Positions 47,943 through 60,035 of a DNA stretch of 64,000 bases are shown here, piece after piece (positions within the stretch are counted from its first letter, which is position 1; each line of letters opens with the position of its first letter). A program made the position numbers and the translations under genes. The notes under the pieces were generated by a model. It made no database searches and had not been told where the DNA came from. It saw nothing but the letters and a program-made list of their open reading frames with translations. The DNA is from Gekko japonicus (lineage: Eukaryota), in the NCBI RefSeq assembly GCF_001447785.1, contig NW_015165236.1, positions 1,181,998 to 1,245,997 of the forward strand, written 5' to 3'.

Positions 47943-50900
47943 GGGAACACCAACAGGGTTGCCAACTCCAGCGTGGGAGTTTCTGGAGATTTGGGGGGCA
48001 GGGCCCAGGGAAGGTGTAACTTGAGGAGGGAGGGGGTTCCGTGAGACTGGGATGCTAGGGAGGACTTCCTCCATACAGGGGGGGGGGACCCGGCAACCCT
48101 AGAGAGAAAGAGCCCCAGCAGGGTACAAAGCCACGGAGTCCACCCTCCAAAGGAGCCATTTTCTCCAGGGGAACTTGATCTCTGTCGTCTGGAGCTCAGT
48201 TGCAACCAACGCGCCCTCTAAGCTGTGGAGTCTCGTGAGCAAAAATTCTACTTTGTGAGCGACTGGCATTCAAGTTGTGAGCCAGCGATTTGGCTGCTGC
48301 ATCAATGAGTTTGCTCTGGAGCCCCATCCTTCCTGAGCGAAGACAGAAATGTATGAGCCAGAGGCTAAAAATCTGTGAGTTAGCTCACACTAACTCAGCT
48401 TAGAGGGAACACTGCTTATAATCAATATCATCATCACCATCAGTGCTCCCTCTAAGCTGTGGAGTCTCGTGAGCAAAAATCCTACTTTGTGAGCGACTGG
48501 CATTAAAAGTTGTGAGCCAGCGATTTGGCTACTGCGTAAATTAGTTTGCTCTGGAGCTACATCCTTCCCGAGCGGAGACAAAAATGCGTGAGCCGGGAGC
48601 TAAAAAAACTGAGCTAGCTCACACTCACTCAGCTTAGAGGGAACACTGGTTGCACCTCCATGAGAACTCCAGTCCCCAGCTGGAGTTTGGCAACTCTACT
48701 TACAGTCTTGCTCAGCTGCCCGCCGTCCTGTTCTCCAGAAACACGATACCACAAAGATCCCCCCCTCAAAAGATGCTTCAGACTCTCCTGATACACACAA
48801 CTGCTAATCCTGGTTGTCCACACTCAGAAACCGGGCGGATTCCCCCAAAGGACCAGGCCTTGGGTTTGGTTAGCCTGGGGATAAGCTTTCGTCTGCATGC
48901 ACACCTTTAAGACCCACAAAGTTTAATTCTGGGGATAAGCTTTTGTGGGCACGCACGCAAAAGGTTATCCCCAGAATTAAACTTTGTGGGTCTTAAAGGT
49001 GCCACTGAACGCACACTTTGTCCTGGAGACCAGTTGTAATTCTGGGGGGGTCTCCAGTCACCTCCTGGAGCCTGGCATCCCTAGGATAAAAGGACTCCCA
49101 AGATCTCCATCTCTGCTCTACTCGTGTGGCTGACGGAGGGAGCGTGGCCTCTCGAAACCTGACGCCCTGAAACTCCTTAGTCAGGAGGGTGTTCCTGGAC
49201 TCGAATCCAGCAGCATTTCAGAGGAGTCCTTTCCGGGGCCGCCCACCGCCAGGGACACTTGGTGCTTTTCTGGCCCTGCAGTGGGGTTCCTCCTTACCCC
49301 GAGGGAGCCTTTTCTTCCCGAACCTCCAGCCACGGGGGGGGGGGAGGCCGTCTGCGAACTGGGCCACTGTAGTTTGTAACGAAAAGCAGCCATGGGAGGG
49401 GCTGTGGAACCCCTTCCATTTGCCTGCATAAAACTCCCCCCCCCCATACACACAGACATCTGCTTTGCTTCCTATTTGTGGTCCCCGTATTCTCCCCCAC
49501 ACGGGTGGGGAAACAGCTCTGGAGATGAAGGAAGACAGTTTCAGCCCACCCTCGCCTAATGCCCCATTTCCGGCTGCTTACATTTGAAGAAGAATACAGG
49601 CCGAGAGGAAAAGTCTAGGGGGGTTCCTGTCCCGTGTCCTTCGGTCCTCCCCGTCCCGTAGCATCCGTCACCTCCCTGCCCAGTAGCACCTTTAAGACTA
49701 ACAAATTTTATTGCAGCATAAGCGATTTGAGAAACAGCTCTCTTCGTCAGGTGCTTGGCGGTTATGAAGAAACTGGCCGGAGATATATAGATGGTTAAGG
49801 GGAGGGGGAAGAGGATGCAGGAAGTGCCGTGTAAATGCAAAGCAGTTGCCAAAGTCGTGAAAAAGGCTGAATGCTCATTCGGCCTTTTTCATGACTTTTG
49901 CAGCTGCTCCCCCTCCCCTTTCCACCCATATGGAGAGCCAGTTTGGTGTAGTGGTTAAGTGCGCGGACTCTAATCTGGAAGAACCGGGTTTGATTCCCCA
50001 CTCCTCCTCCACGTGCACCTGGCTGGATTCCCTCTGGCAAGCCGTAGTTCTGATAAGAGCTGTCCTTGAAAAAAGAGCAGTTCCTGTCAAGAGCTCTCTC
50101 AGCCCCACCTGCCTCCCAGGGTGTCTGTTGTGGGGAGGGGCAGGGGAAGGAGTTTGTAAGCCGCTCTGAGAGACCTTTGGGTAGTGAAGGGCGGGGGATG
50201 AATTCAATCTCTTCTTCTTCTTCTTCATATATCTCTGGCCAGTTTCTTCCTGCCTTCCACGCACCTGACGAAGAGAGCTGTGTTTCCTGAATAGCTGATG
50301 CTACCATAAAGTTTGTGAGTCTTAGAGGTGCTGCTGGGCTTTTTGCTATTTTGCAGCGACAGACTCACACGGTGGACTCCTCTGGATCTGTGACCATGTG
50401 CGGGCTTGCTCTTTCCAAGACCAGGATGTCATAAGAGGAACAATCTTGGGAAGGGCGCTGATAATAAATTCCATTCTCGTCTGAGCCACAGCGTTCTCCT
50501 TTGCTTCCTCCCCTCCCAGCCAAATGTCACTCGGGGGATGGGCCAAGGACTCCCAAGAGCAGAGTTGGGTGTCGTCCCCTTTGGGTATTTCTTTAAGAAC
50601 ACCGTGAAACCCGGTGGGTTAGAACAAAAAGTTCTTCTGGCATTAGCTGGCTTCCAGCACATTTAGCTCTGAGTCTTTAAGGCGCTGCAGGTGCATTCGC
50701 TGAACCCGGGAACTCCTTTGCTGAATGTGTCCCGCTGGGCTGGGGCTGCCCAGTTTTCTCCCCTTCTTCCTCCCCCGGCCTTTTCTGGCAGGTGGAAGGG
50801 AGCACAAGAGCAAAGCGGGGAGAAAACAGCCATGTGAGGAGGGGGGTTGAGAACATTTCTTTTACTTTATTTATATCTTGCACAAAGCAGCTTACGTCAT

Positions 50901-52289
50901 TCTCCTCTCCGCCGTTTTTATCCTCACCTCCTCTCCTCCATTTTTATCCTCACAACAACCCTGTGAGGTAGGTTAGGCTGAGAGAGCGTGACTGGCCCCA
51001 AGGTCCCCCGGCGAGCTTCCATGGCACCAGTGGGGGGATTCGAACCTGGCTCTCCCAGGTCCTAGTCCGACACTTTAAACACCGACTGAAGAAGGGCCTC
51101 TCCCATTTCAAAGGTACTGGGCACCAAAGCTCCCTCTAAGCTGTGGAGTCTTGTGAGCAAAAATTCTGCTTTGTGAGCTACTGGGATTGAAGCTGTGAGC
51201 GAGTGATTTGGCTCCTGCATACATTAACTTGGTTTCCCAGGCTCCAGCCCAGAGAAGGCGCCCGGCGGTCCAGCCCCAAGTCCTTCGGCAGCAGGGAGGT
51301 GCCTAAGCGAGCCTGCCCCTGAAATGCAAGATTGGTTTCCATTTTATGGCGTGATGCCATTTCTCGTCCGCCTTTCTCACCTGGGCTCCAGGCAGACGAC
51401 ACGGAGGGAGTCTGCACAATCGACTGACTCAGGAGGTGCGAGGCGAAGCCAGTTGGTGGGAAGGGGCACGCTGAGCAGGACGGAGGAGGCGGGGCGTGAG
51501 GCAAAGCGAGCCGGCGGGAAGGGGCACCCTGTGGAGCGGGCGCCCAGAAAGCCATGCTGGGGGAGGGTGGGTGGCGGCGGCAGGGCCCTCGCTGCGCCCC
51601 TGGGAGATCTGCGCCCTAGCCCGTCGCCCTAGTTGGCCTAGTGAAAGAGCCGGCCCTGTCTGGAGCCATCCTTCCTGAGGTGAGATAAAAATGTGTGAGC
51701 CGGAGGCTAAAAAAACTGTGAACTAGCTCACACTGACTCAGCTTAGAGGGAACACAGCCCAACAGAGACGTCTCCTGTGTGAGGGACCCAGCATTCCCCT
51801 GTTGGAAATGTTTTCTCTGCAGTTACTGGATGGTTGGGGAGGAGCGTCCGGCCATGTGCTGAGTGCCTCTTCTCACCTCCAAGTGGGACCCAGATGACAC
51901 AGATCTGGGACATCCCAAGCAGTGAACGTGGCCCGAACGATCGCTCCCAGCCCAAAGTCGCCGCCAGACCTGCTGGGTTTGCTTCCTTCCAACACGCTCG
52001 CAGGGTGTTTGCCGATCAGGTGATCTCAGCCGGTCCGGGAAGAACCTGGTCAGGACGGAAAGTCCGGTGACGGGGCGAGAGCCAGCGGCGTGGAGGCCCT
52101 GAGTCACCCAGCCCTGTTGTTCTTTCCCGGCTTCCCTCCACTCCCTTCTGCATTGTGAGGCCGTCCGAAGATCCGCGGGGACAGAGGAGAAAGCCCAGAC
52201 TAGCACACTGGAGCACGGCCAAGAGAGACACGCCCCAGAGTGTGTGGCCCGGAGGGGAGTTGGGCAGAGAGGAAGGCGCTCCAGGCACT

Positions 52290-53170
52290 TTTCTTTCTCC
52301 GGCATGGCAGTGGATGGCGCTATTTGCTCCTGGGGGGCTGTTGAGGTCGATGGTGCGACCTCATTTTTCGGTACTGTGTACAGTTCTGGTCACCAGACCG
52401 CAGAAAGGATATTATAGCATTGGGGAAAGTGCAGAAAAGGGCAAGTAGGATGATAAAAGGGTTGGAACACTTTCCCTATGAGGAAAGGTTAAAGCGCTTG
52501 GAGTTCCTTAGCTTGGAGAAACGACGGCTAAGGGGGTGACATGATCGAGGTTTATGAGATTATGCATGGGAAAGAGCAGGTCGAGAAAGAGGTACTTTTC
52601 TCCCTTTCTCACGATACAAGAACTCGTGGGCACTCCATGAAAATGCTGAGCAGTCAGGTTAGAACGGATATAAGGAAGTCCTTCTTCACCCAAAGAGTGA
52701 TTCACACATGGAATTCACTGCCACAGGAAGTGGTGGCGGCTACAAGCATGGATGGCTTCAAAAGGGAATTAGATAAGCATATGGAGCAGAGGTCCATCAG
52801 TGGCTATTAGCCACAAGGTACAGACAGTGTCATCGATGCAATGAACATGAAATTGAGTCAACTTCAGAGGACGGCGGAAGACCAGAAGGCCTGGCATGAT
52901 CTGGTCCATGGGGTCGTGAAGAGTCGGACTCGACTGTGCGACTGAACAACAAAAAAATAGATAGGGACTCTCGGTCTTGGGAAAGTGATGCTCTGTCTTC
53001 TTGGTGCTGTGGGGGGAGGCAAGAGTGGGAGGGGCTTCTGGTGTCCTGGCCCCCCTGGTGGACCTCCTGATGCCCCCTGGTATTTTTGGCCACCGTGTGG
53101 CCCAGAGTGTTGGTCTAGAGGGGCCACTGGCCTGATCCCACACGGGCTTCTCTGATGTTCTTATGTTTTT
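52290..53170 (+). mobile_element. CR1 LINE 3' fragment with a nested BovB tail
   Basis: RSMVRPH...[12 protein letters not shown]...FFTQRVIHTWNSLP, followed by the CR1 3' UTR. Confidence 0.85.
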
Positions 53171-55164
53171 ATGACCCACTCACCCTGCTAGAGATGGGGC
53201 ACCAGATCTGATCACCCCGGCGCAAGACAGCCCCGCAGGGGGCTCTGCTCTACTCACCTCCCCTCTCGTGCTGCTTTTTTGCCAGCTCAGGGTGGGGGGA
53301 TTCCTGAAGATGTGTGTCTGTATGGGGGGGGTGAAGCTTGAGGATGTGGGGGTTTCAGGAGGAGAGGAAGGTCAGCGGGGATGTGGCGCCACAGAACGAA
53401 GCTGCATTTTTTGAATACGGGAACTGACCCCTGTAGTCTGGGAAACAGCTGTCATTCCGGGGGAGCTCCAGGCCGCACCTGGTGGTTGGCAACCCGGCTG
53501 GAGGGAGCCGAGCCCCTGTTGCAGTGCCTCGTTCTTGTGCCGCCTCGACAGTCACTCGGGTCATCCAGCCAGAGAACCAGCCCTGTAGTGTAGGCCCTCC
53601 TTCTCTGACAACCTGTGAAGCAGGGGAGACTTTCAGCAAGAAAGCTGCTGGGGGGGGGGGGTTGCCATCAGTGCTGCGGAGGGTCTGGTTTTTGTGTTCC
53701 CCAGGGAAGAGAAGAGGAAGAAGAGATTGGATTTATACCCCCGGCCCTTCACTCGGAGTCTCAGAGCGGCTTACAATCTCCTTCCCCTTCCCCTCCCCAC
53801 AACAGAGGTAGGTGGGGCTGAGAGAGCTCTCTCGAGGACTGCTCGTGAGAGAACAGCCCTGACAGAACTACGGCTCGCCCAAGGTCATCCAGCAGGTGCA
53901 AGTGGAGGAGGAGTGGGGAATCAAACCCGGTTCTCCCAGATTAGAGTCTGCGCACTTAACCCCGACACCAAACTGGCTCTCGGAGAGACTGGCCCCAGTT
54001 TCCCTCTGCATGTCAGCAGCCTAGGGGTTGCCAGTCTCCAGGTGGGGCCTGGAGATCTCATAGAATGACAGCGATCCTGTCCCCCCCCCCGGAGAAAACA
54101 GCTGCTTTGGAGGGGGGGTCTCTAGGGCATCCTACCCACTGAGCTTTCTCCCCTCCCCAAACCCCACCCTCCGCAGGCTTCACACCCCCAAATCTCCAGG
54201 AATTTCCCAACCCCATTTTTTTGGCACCCATCCCACAGAGAAACACACACAATATTCGCTTGATTTATACACCACCGTCCCCCAATGAGGCTCAGGGAGG
54301 TTAACAACAATTTATAAATACAATTCTAATAAATACAATAAATCGGGGGCGGGGGAATNNNNNNNNNNNNNNNNNNNNNNNNNNNNNNNNNNNNNNNNNN
54401 NNNNNNNNNNNNNNNNNNNNNNNNNNNNNNNNNNNNNNNAGCTTCCCGGGGGGGCCCGGAGCCCCCCCCCCCCCTTTTACAACTGATCTCCAGCTGACAG
54501 AGATCAGCTCCCCTGTAAAAAATGGCTGCTTGGAGGGGTGGACTCTGTGGCATTGGGCCCTGCGGAGGCCCCTCCCCTCCCCAATCCCCGCCCTCTCCCG
54601 GCCCCACCCCCAAAGTCTCTAGGTATTTTCCAACACAGACCAGGCAACCCTACTTCCGACTCTATGGTTTTAAATCTCTCTCTCTCTCTCTGCTTAATTG
54701 CTACTATCTATTGTTTTATCTGTCATGTTGTAGGCCGCCCTGAGCCTGCTGTGCACGGGAGGGCGAGCTAGATATCAAATATAATAAATACAATAATAAC
54801 GGAAAAGGGTAAAAGTCGAGTTTTACCCAGACCCAATAATAACTAAGTAAACCGTTGCTGTTCTCAACCATATCCTATATAGGCATGTATGTGTGTGTAA
54901 GCATATGTATGTACGTACACACTTCGGTGGGAAGGGAACAGCATTCCGTGCGCCTTGGTGTTTAGTCATGCCGGCCACATGACCACGGAAACGTCTTCGG
55001 ACAGCGCTGGCTCTTCGGCTTGGAAACGGAGATGAGCACCGCAACCGTAGAATCGGAATCGACTGGCTTTCGAGCAAGGGAAACCTTTACCTTTTTACAC
55101 ACACATATCTTATTTAGTATTTATTATTTATTTTGTGCACACACACACACATATTAATGACCTG

Positions 55165-55340
55165 GAAAACCGGGCAGCGTTAGCGTTAGCCCCGGGGCGC
55201 CGGAACTACAGCTCCCAGGATGCCCAGGGCGCGGCGGGGAGTCACGTGCGCGGCCGGCTGCCTGCGGGTCACATGACCGGCGGATCGCCTGCCGGAGCTG
55301 CCGCCGCCGCCGCCGCCGCCGCTGGATCCCCGGCCGGGCG
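55165..55340 (+). promoter_or_regulatory. CLCN7 CpG-island promoter with CLEAR/E-box and ZNF143/THAP11-type motifs
   Basis: ACTACAGCTCCCAGGATGC at 55205; GTCACGTG at 55241; GTCACATGAC at 55268; (GCC)n just before the ATG. Confidence 0.75.
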
Positions 55341-55463
55341 ATGTCGAACGTGGCCACGAAGGTGTCGTGGTCCGGGCGGGAGCGGGAGGAGGCCGAGGGC
55401 GAGACCACGCCGCTGCTCAACGGGACGGGCGCCGCCGCCGCCTCCGCCTCCAAGCCCCGGCAG
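55341..55463 (+). CDS. CLCN7: H+/Cl- exchanger ClC-7 exon 1
   Basis: MSNVATKVSWSGREREEAEGETTPLLNGTG...PRQ|GTacgc; resembles human MANVSKKVSWSGRDR...TPLLNG. Confidence 0.92.
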
Positions 55464-55803
55464 GTACGCGTGGGAGCCTCCCGGGCCAGGAGCAGTCGAG
55501 CCTCTACGAGCAGCAGCAGCAGCAGCAGGGCGCGGGCCATGTGCAGAGTGGGGGCGGGGGGGAGGCGGGAGAGGGACTCTTCTCCTCCTCCTCCTCCTCT
55601 CGATGGCGACCCTGTTGGGGAGATGTGGGGGATGAAGGGGCCTCTGGGCATGTGAAGAGTGCCCGCGCATGTGAAGAGTGAGGGCAACCGGGGGGGGCGC
55701 CTGTGCCACTGGGATTAGGGGCAGGGCGGCTCGGAGCTGTCAACGAGGAGGGATGCCGAGGTCTAGGGGTTGCCAGCTCTAGGCGGGGAAACTCCGGGAG
55801 ATG

Positions 55804-55835
55804 GGGTTAGGGTTAGGGTTAGGGTTAGGGTTAGG
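55804..55835 (+). repeat. Interstitial telomeric repeat (TTAGGG)~5
   Basis: gggTTAGGG x4 + TTAGG; a (CCCTAA)3 run also lies at 6068-6085. Confidence 0.85.
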
Positions 55836-56349
55836 ACTGGGCCCCCCTCAGTGGGCGACAAGGCCGCGGAGTCCTCTACCCTCCAAAGTATCCATTTCTC
55901 TCCAGGGGAACTCGTCTCTGTCGTCTGGAACTGAGCTGTAATTGCAGGGGACCCCCAGGCCCCACCTGGAGGCTGGCATCCTTATTAGGGACAGCTGCCC
56001 CACGCTTGGTGGGCTGAAGCCACCTGGCTTGCCGAAGTCTGGGCCCCGATCCGTTGCTCAGCATCTATCCGGTGCGGCCACAGCACGCTAGTGGTGCTGG
56101 TTGAGGAGGTGCCCTGGCGGCTGAGAATGCCACCTTCGGGTGAGGACTCTGGGTCATGTGTGCCTACCCAGTGCCCATGGGGCCCGCTTGAGCGCCCTGG
56201 GGGCAGTGTGCCCCTGCTGCCGAGGAGTGAGGGGGACCTTGCTGCCTGTTCCGGTGGGATAAAAATGGTCATCTGGGGAGAGGGGTGCTCCACAGGTGAG
56301 AACGGGGTAAGGCACTTGTGTCTGTTTGTGACTCCTGTGTGGCCAGCAG

Positions 56350-56557
56350 CAATGCTCCCTCTAAGCTGTGGAGTCTTGTGAGGAAAAATTCTACTTTGTG
56401 AGCTCCTGGCATTACAGTTGTGAGCGAGCGATTTGGCTACTGCGTGAATCAGTTGGTTCTGGAGCGATATCCTTCCCGAGTGAAGACAAAAACGTGTGAG
56501 CCGGAGGCTAAAACACTGTGAGGTGGCTCTCACTAAATCAGCTTAGGGGGAACACTG
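56350..56557 (-). mobile_element. hAT MITE copy
   Basis: Perfect TSD GCCAGCAG. Confidence 0.9.
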
Positions 56558-58079
56558 GCCAGCAGACTATAGCAGAGATGGCAAGCAGTATGCCTGCATT
56601 TAGTAGCGGGCAGGGAGAGCAGGTGGGCACATGGGAAGGATGCCCACATGATGTGGCACCGCCAAGGTCTGATGCCTATCGGCTCACTGCCCTCGTTGGG
56701 GCTTTTGTTTGTGAGCAAGAGGAAGAGCTGGCGGTTGTTTGGAAGAGGAGGGTTTGGAAGGAAAGGCATTGGCTTCTTGCCACCTTTGGCCCAGGAGAGA
56801 AGTACTGAGGGGTCCCGTCCTTTCTCCGGGGTGTGTGCGTGTGCGTGGCTTGTTCCGGCCATCCTTATCCGGGCACAATTTTGCTCTTCTCCTCTCAAAA
56901 TGAGTCTGCTTTGTCCAAGCGGTGACCCTGGATTTCTTTAATACTCGTGTTTCTAACGATTCAGACATTTTAATCGACATAACAGTTCGTGTTTAAAGAA
57001 CAATAAAGCTAATCTTTGGGAGTAAAAGATATATTACGGGTCAGTGCAAAGGAGGTAGGTAAGGACAATGGTATGAAGCAGCCGCTTGAAAGGTTGGGAC
57101 GACCTGGGAAAACTTTTTTAAAAGTCCCGCCAACCTCCCCTGGCTGGGAGTTCTGTGAGAAGAGTGCCCCTCCTCTTGGGGTACAAACTCCAGCGTGGGA
57201 AATTCCTGGAGATTTGGGAGATGTGTCTGGGGGAGGGTGGAGTTTGGGGAGCAGCAGCCCCTTAGCAGGGTGGGAGAGCACTCTAGGACTTCTGTTTCTC
57301 CTAGACTCTGACGTTTACCACAGAGAGACCATCCTCTAAAGTTGCCGTATCTTTCAGGGAGACTGAAGTCTTGGAATCAGTTGCAATTCTAGGAGTTCTC
57401 CAGGCCCCACCTGGGGGTTAGCAACCCTTTCTGCCCCTGTGTGTGTGTGTCAGGAGGCCCAGTTCTTCTTTGCATCCCCCAGTTAGGAAGCTGTTGCTTT
57501 GCCACTGGCCACGACCGGCCCGCCTCTCTCCTTCCGCAGGCCCCGTTCTCGGTGTCCCTGCAGTGTTGAAACTATAAACACGGAGGCTTTACACTCAACA
57601 GTCTTTTCTATCGTTTTCAATTTTCTCCCAAATCCGAAGCATTTGACTTGCGGACCTGCCTGTCTGCCATGCGGTGGAGCTGGGGCGGGGAGGGGGGGCG
57701 CCGAGGAATATTTTCAACTCCTGCCTTGTGATCTGTCTCTGGGGGAGGCTGCCCCCCCTCCCCAAAGCAGCGCTGAGCTGGGCATTATCTCCTGGAATGT
57801 CACATGCCAGCAATCTGTTCCCGGGCTGCACGGACATTAGGCCTGCCCAGCATGTCTCCATAGCTAAAGGCCCCTCTGTGTGGCCACTTTGCCCCCCCCC
57901 AAAAAAAACCCTCCCATGAGTTTTATTCAGCACCTTCTCATGCCCTTTAATTGCCCGCATAAATCCAGAGCCAACGGTGGCTTGTGTTCTCAAAACAGAC
58001 CCTCAGGAGGGGCTCAGCGTTCAGATTTGCAAATCGGCTCTCCCGCTGTGCCCCCGGGCTGCTTTGCTTGACCCAGAAA

Positions 58080-59672
58080 CATTTTTATGTATTTATTTAT
58101 TTATTAAATGTGTATCCCGCCCTTCCAACATGGGCTCAGGGCGGCGAACATAGAGGCAAATGCCATACATAAAACAATAAACCATCATTACCTATAAAAC
58201 AGTTAAAAGTCGGTGCTCAACAGACCATATCAATTCCATAATAAAATGCCAATAACAGTAACGCACTCCGAGTAGACACAATTGTCTGCTCAATTGATGT
58301 TACACTATAACTGTCATTCCCATACCAGGGCCGGTGCGCCTCGTGATGTTAATACGGTGGTGGTACAATGGCGGTGGGGGCTCCTAATCAAAGGCCTGGC
58401 GGAAGAGCTCCTTCTTACAGGCCCTGCGGAACTGCATAAGGTCCCGATGGGCCCTGATCTCCGGGAGCTCGTTCCACCAGGTTGGGGCCACCACCGAAAA
58501 AGCCCTGGCCCTGGTTGCAGCATATTTAACTACCTTGGGGGCTGGGATAACCAACAGATGTTGCCCCCCTGACCGTAATGCCCTTGGGGGAACATATGGG
58601 GAGAGGCGGTCCCTCAGGTAAGCCGGACCCTGGCCGTATAGGGCTTTAAAGGTAAGAACCAGCACTTTGAAACGGATCCGGTATGCTATTGGCAGCCAGT
58701 GCAGCGCCTTCAGCACAGGCTGGATATGGTCCTGCCTAGTGAGACCCATCAGCAGCCTCTCCTGACGGGCTGCATTCTGCACTAGCTGCAGCTTCCAGAT
58801 CTGCAACAAAGGCAGCCCCATGTAGAGAACGTTGCAGTAGTCTAGCCTCGAGGTGACCGTCGCATGGATCACTGTGGCCAGGTCTTCACGATCCAGGTTG
58901 GGAGCCAACTGCCGTGCCAGCCGCAGATGGTAGAAGGCTGACTTGGCAGTGGCTGCCACCCGGGCCTCCATAGTTAACGAGGAGTCCAGGAGCACCCCCA
59001 AACTCCTAACCCCTAGCGCCAGCACCAAAGGCACCCCGTCGGTAGAGGGAGCCCCAACCCCAAACTGATCCGACTCAGGCCCAGGACATCTGTCTTCACC
59101 GGGTTTAGTTTCAGCCGGCTCAGCCTGAGCCAACCAGCCACGGCTTGCAACGCCCTATGAAGGTCATCAGGACTGGAGTCCGACTGGCTGCCCAGCATCA
59201 GATAGAGCTGGGTGTTATCTGCATATTGATGACACCCAAGCCCATAGCTCTGGGCAAGGGGGCGCATATAGACAGGGGACAACACGGCCCCCTGAGGCAC
59301 CCCACACTCAGGAGGATGCCTCCGGGACTGCCAATCGCCACCCTCTGTCCCCGACCTTGGAGAAAAGAGGCAAACCATTGAAGGGCAAGCCCCTGAATCC
59401 CCACGTCGGCGAGGCGGTGGGTCAACAGCTGATGGTCGACCGTATCGAACGCGGCCGACAGATCTAACAACAGCGATGCCGCCACACCGCCTCGGTCCAG
59501 ATGCCTTCGGAGATCGTCAGTCAAGGCGACCAAGGCCGTCTCTGTCCCGTGACCCAGGCGAAAGCCAGACTGCAAGGGATCCAGGACTGAAGCGTCATCC
59601 AGAAAGCCCTGTAACTGTAACGCCACTGCCCTCTCTATCAGTTTGCCCAAATAGGGCAAATTGGACACCGGT
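58080..59672 (-). mobile_element. L2-clade LINE RT fragment (frameshifted)
   Basis: SNLPYLGKLIE...QSGFR.GHGTETAL...LLDLSAAFDTVDH, GVPQGAVLSP, YADN(D), SRLDYCN...LHWLP; (TAAA)n tail near 58090. Confidence 0.9.
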
Positions 59673-59684
59673 ACTGGGACATCT

Positions 59685-60035
59685 GGAGCTGCGGTGGCTC
59701 AAGTGGTTAAGACGCTGAACTGCAGGCTGTGGAAGGTCAGTAGTTCAGCAGTTCGAGACCCGGGTGCCGCATGATGGAGTGAGCTCCTGTCTCTAGTTCC
59801 AGGCAGCTCCTGCCAACCTAACAATTCAAAAGCAAAAAATTGCAAGTAGATAAATAGGTACCACTTCAGTGGGAAGGGAACAGCGTTCCGTGCACCTTGG
59901 TGTTTAGTCATGCCGGCCACATGACCACAGAAACGTCTTCGGACAGCGCTGGCTCTTTGACTTGGAAACGGAGATGAGCACCGCAACCCTAGAGTTGGAT
60001 TCGACTGGCTTTCGAGCAAGGGAACCTTTACCTTT
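59685..60035 (+). mobile_element. Sauria SINE, full length
   Basis: tRNA-like head, (ACCTTT)n tail and TSD TACTGGGACATC. Partial copies at ~22555-22700 (-) and ~54920-55095. Confidence 0.85.
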
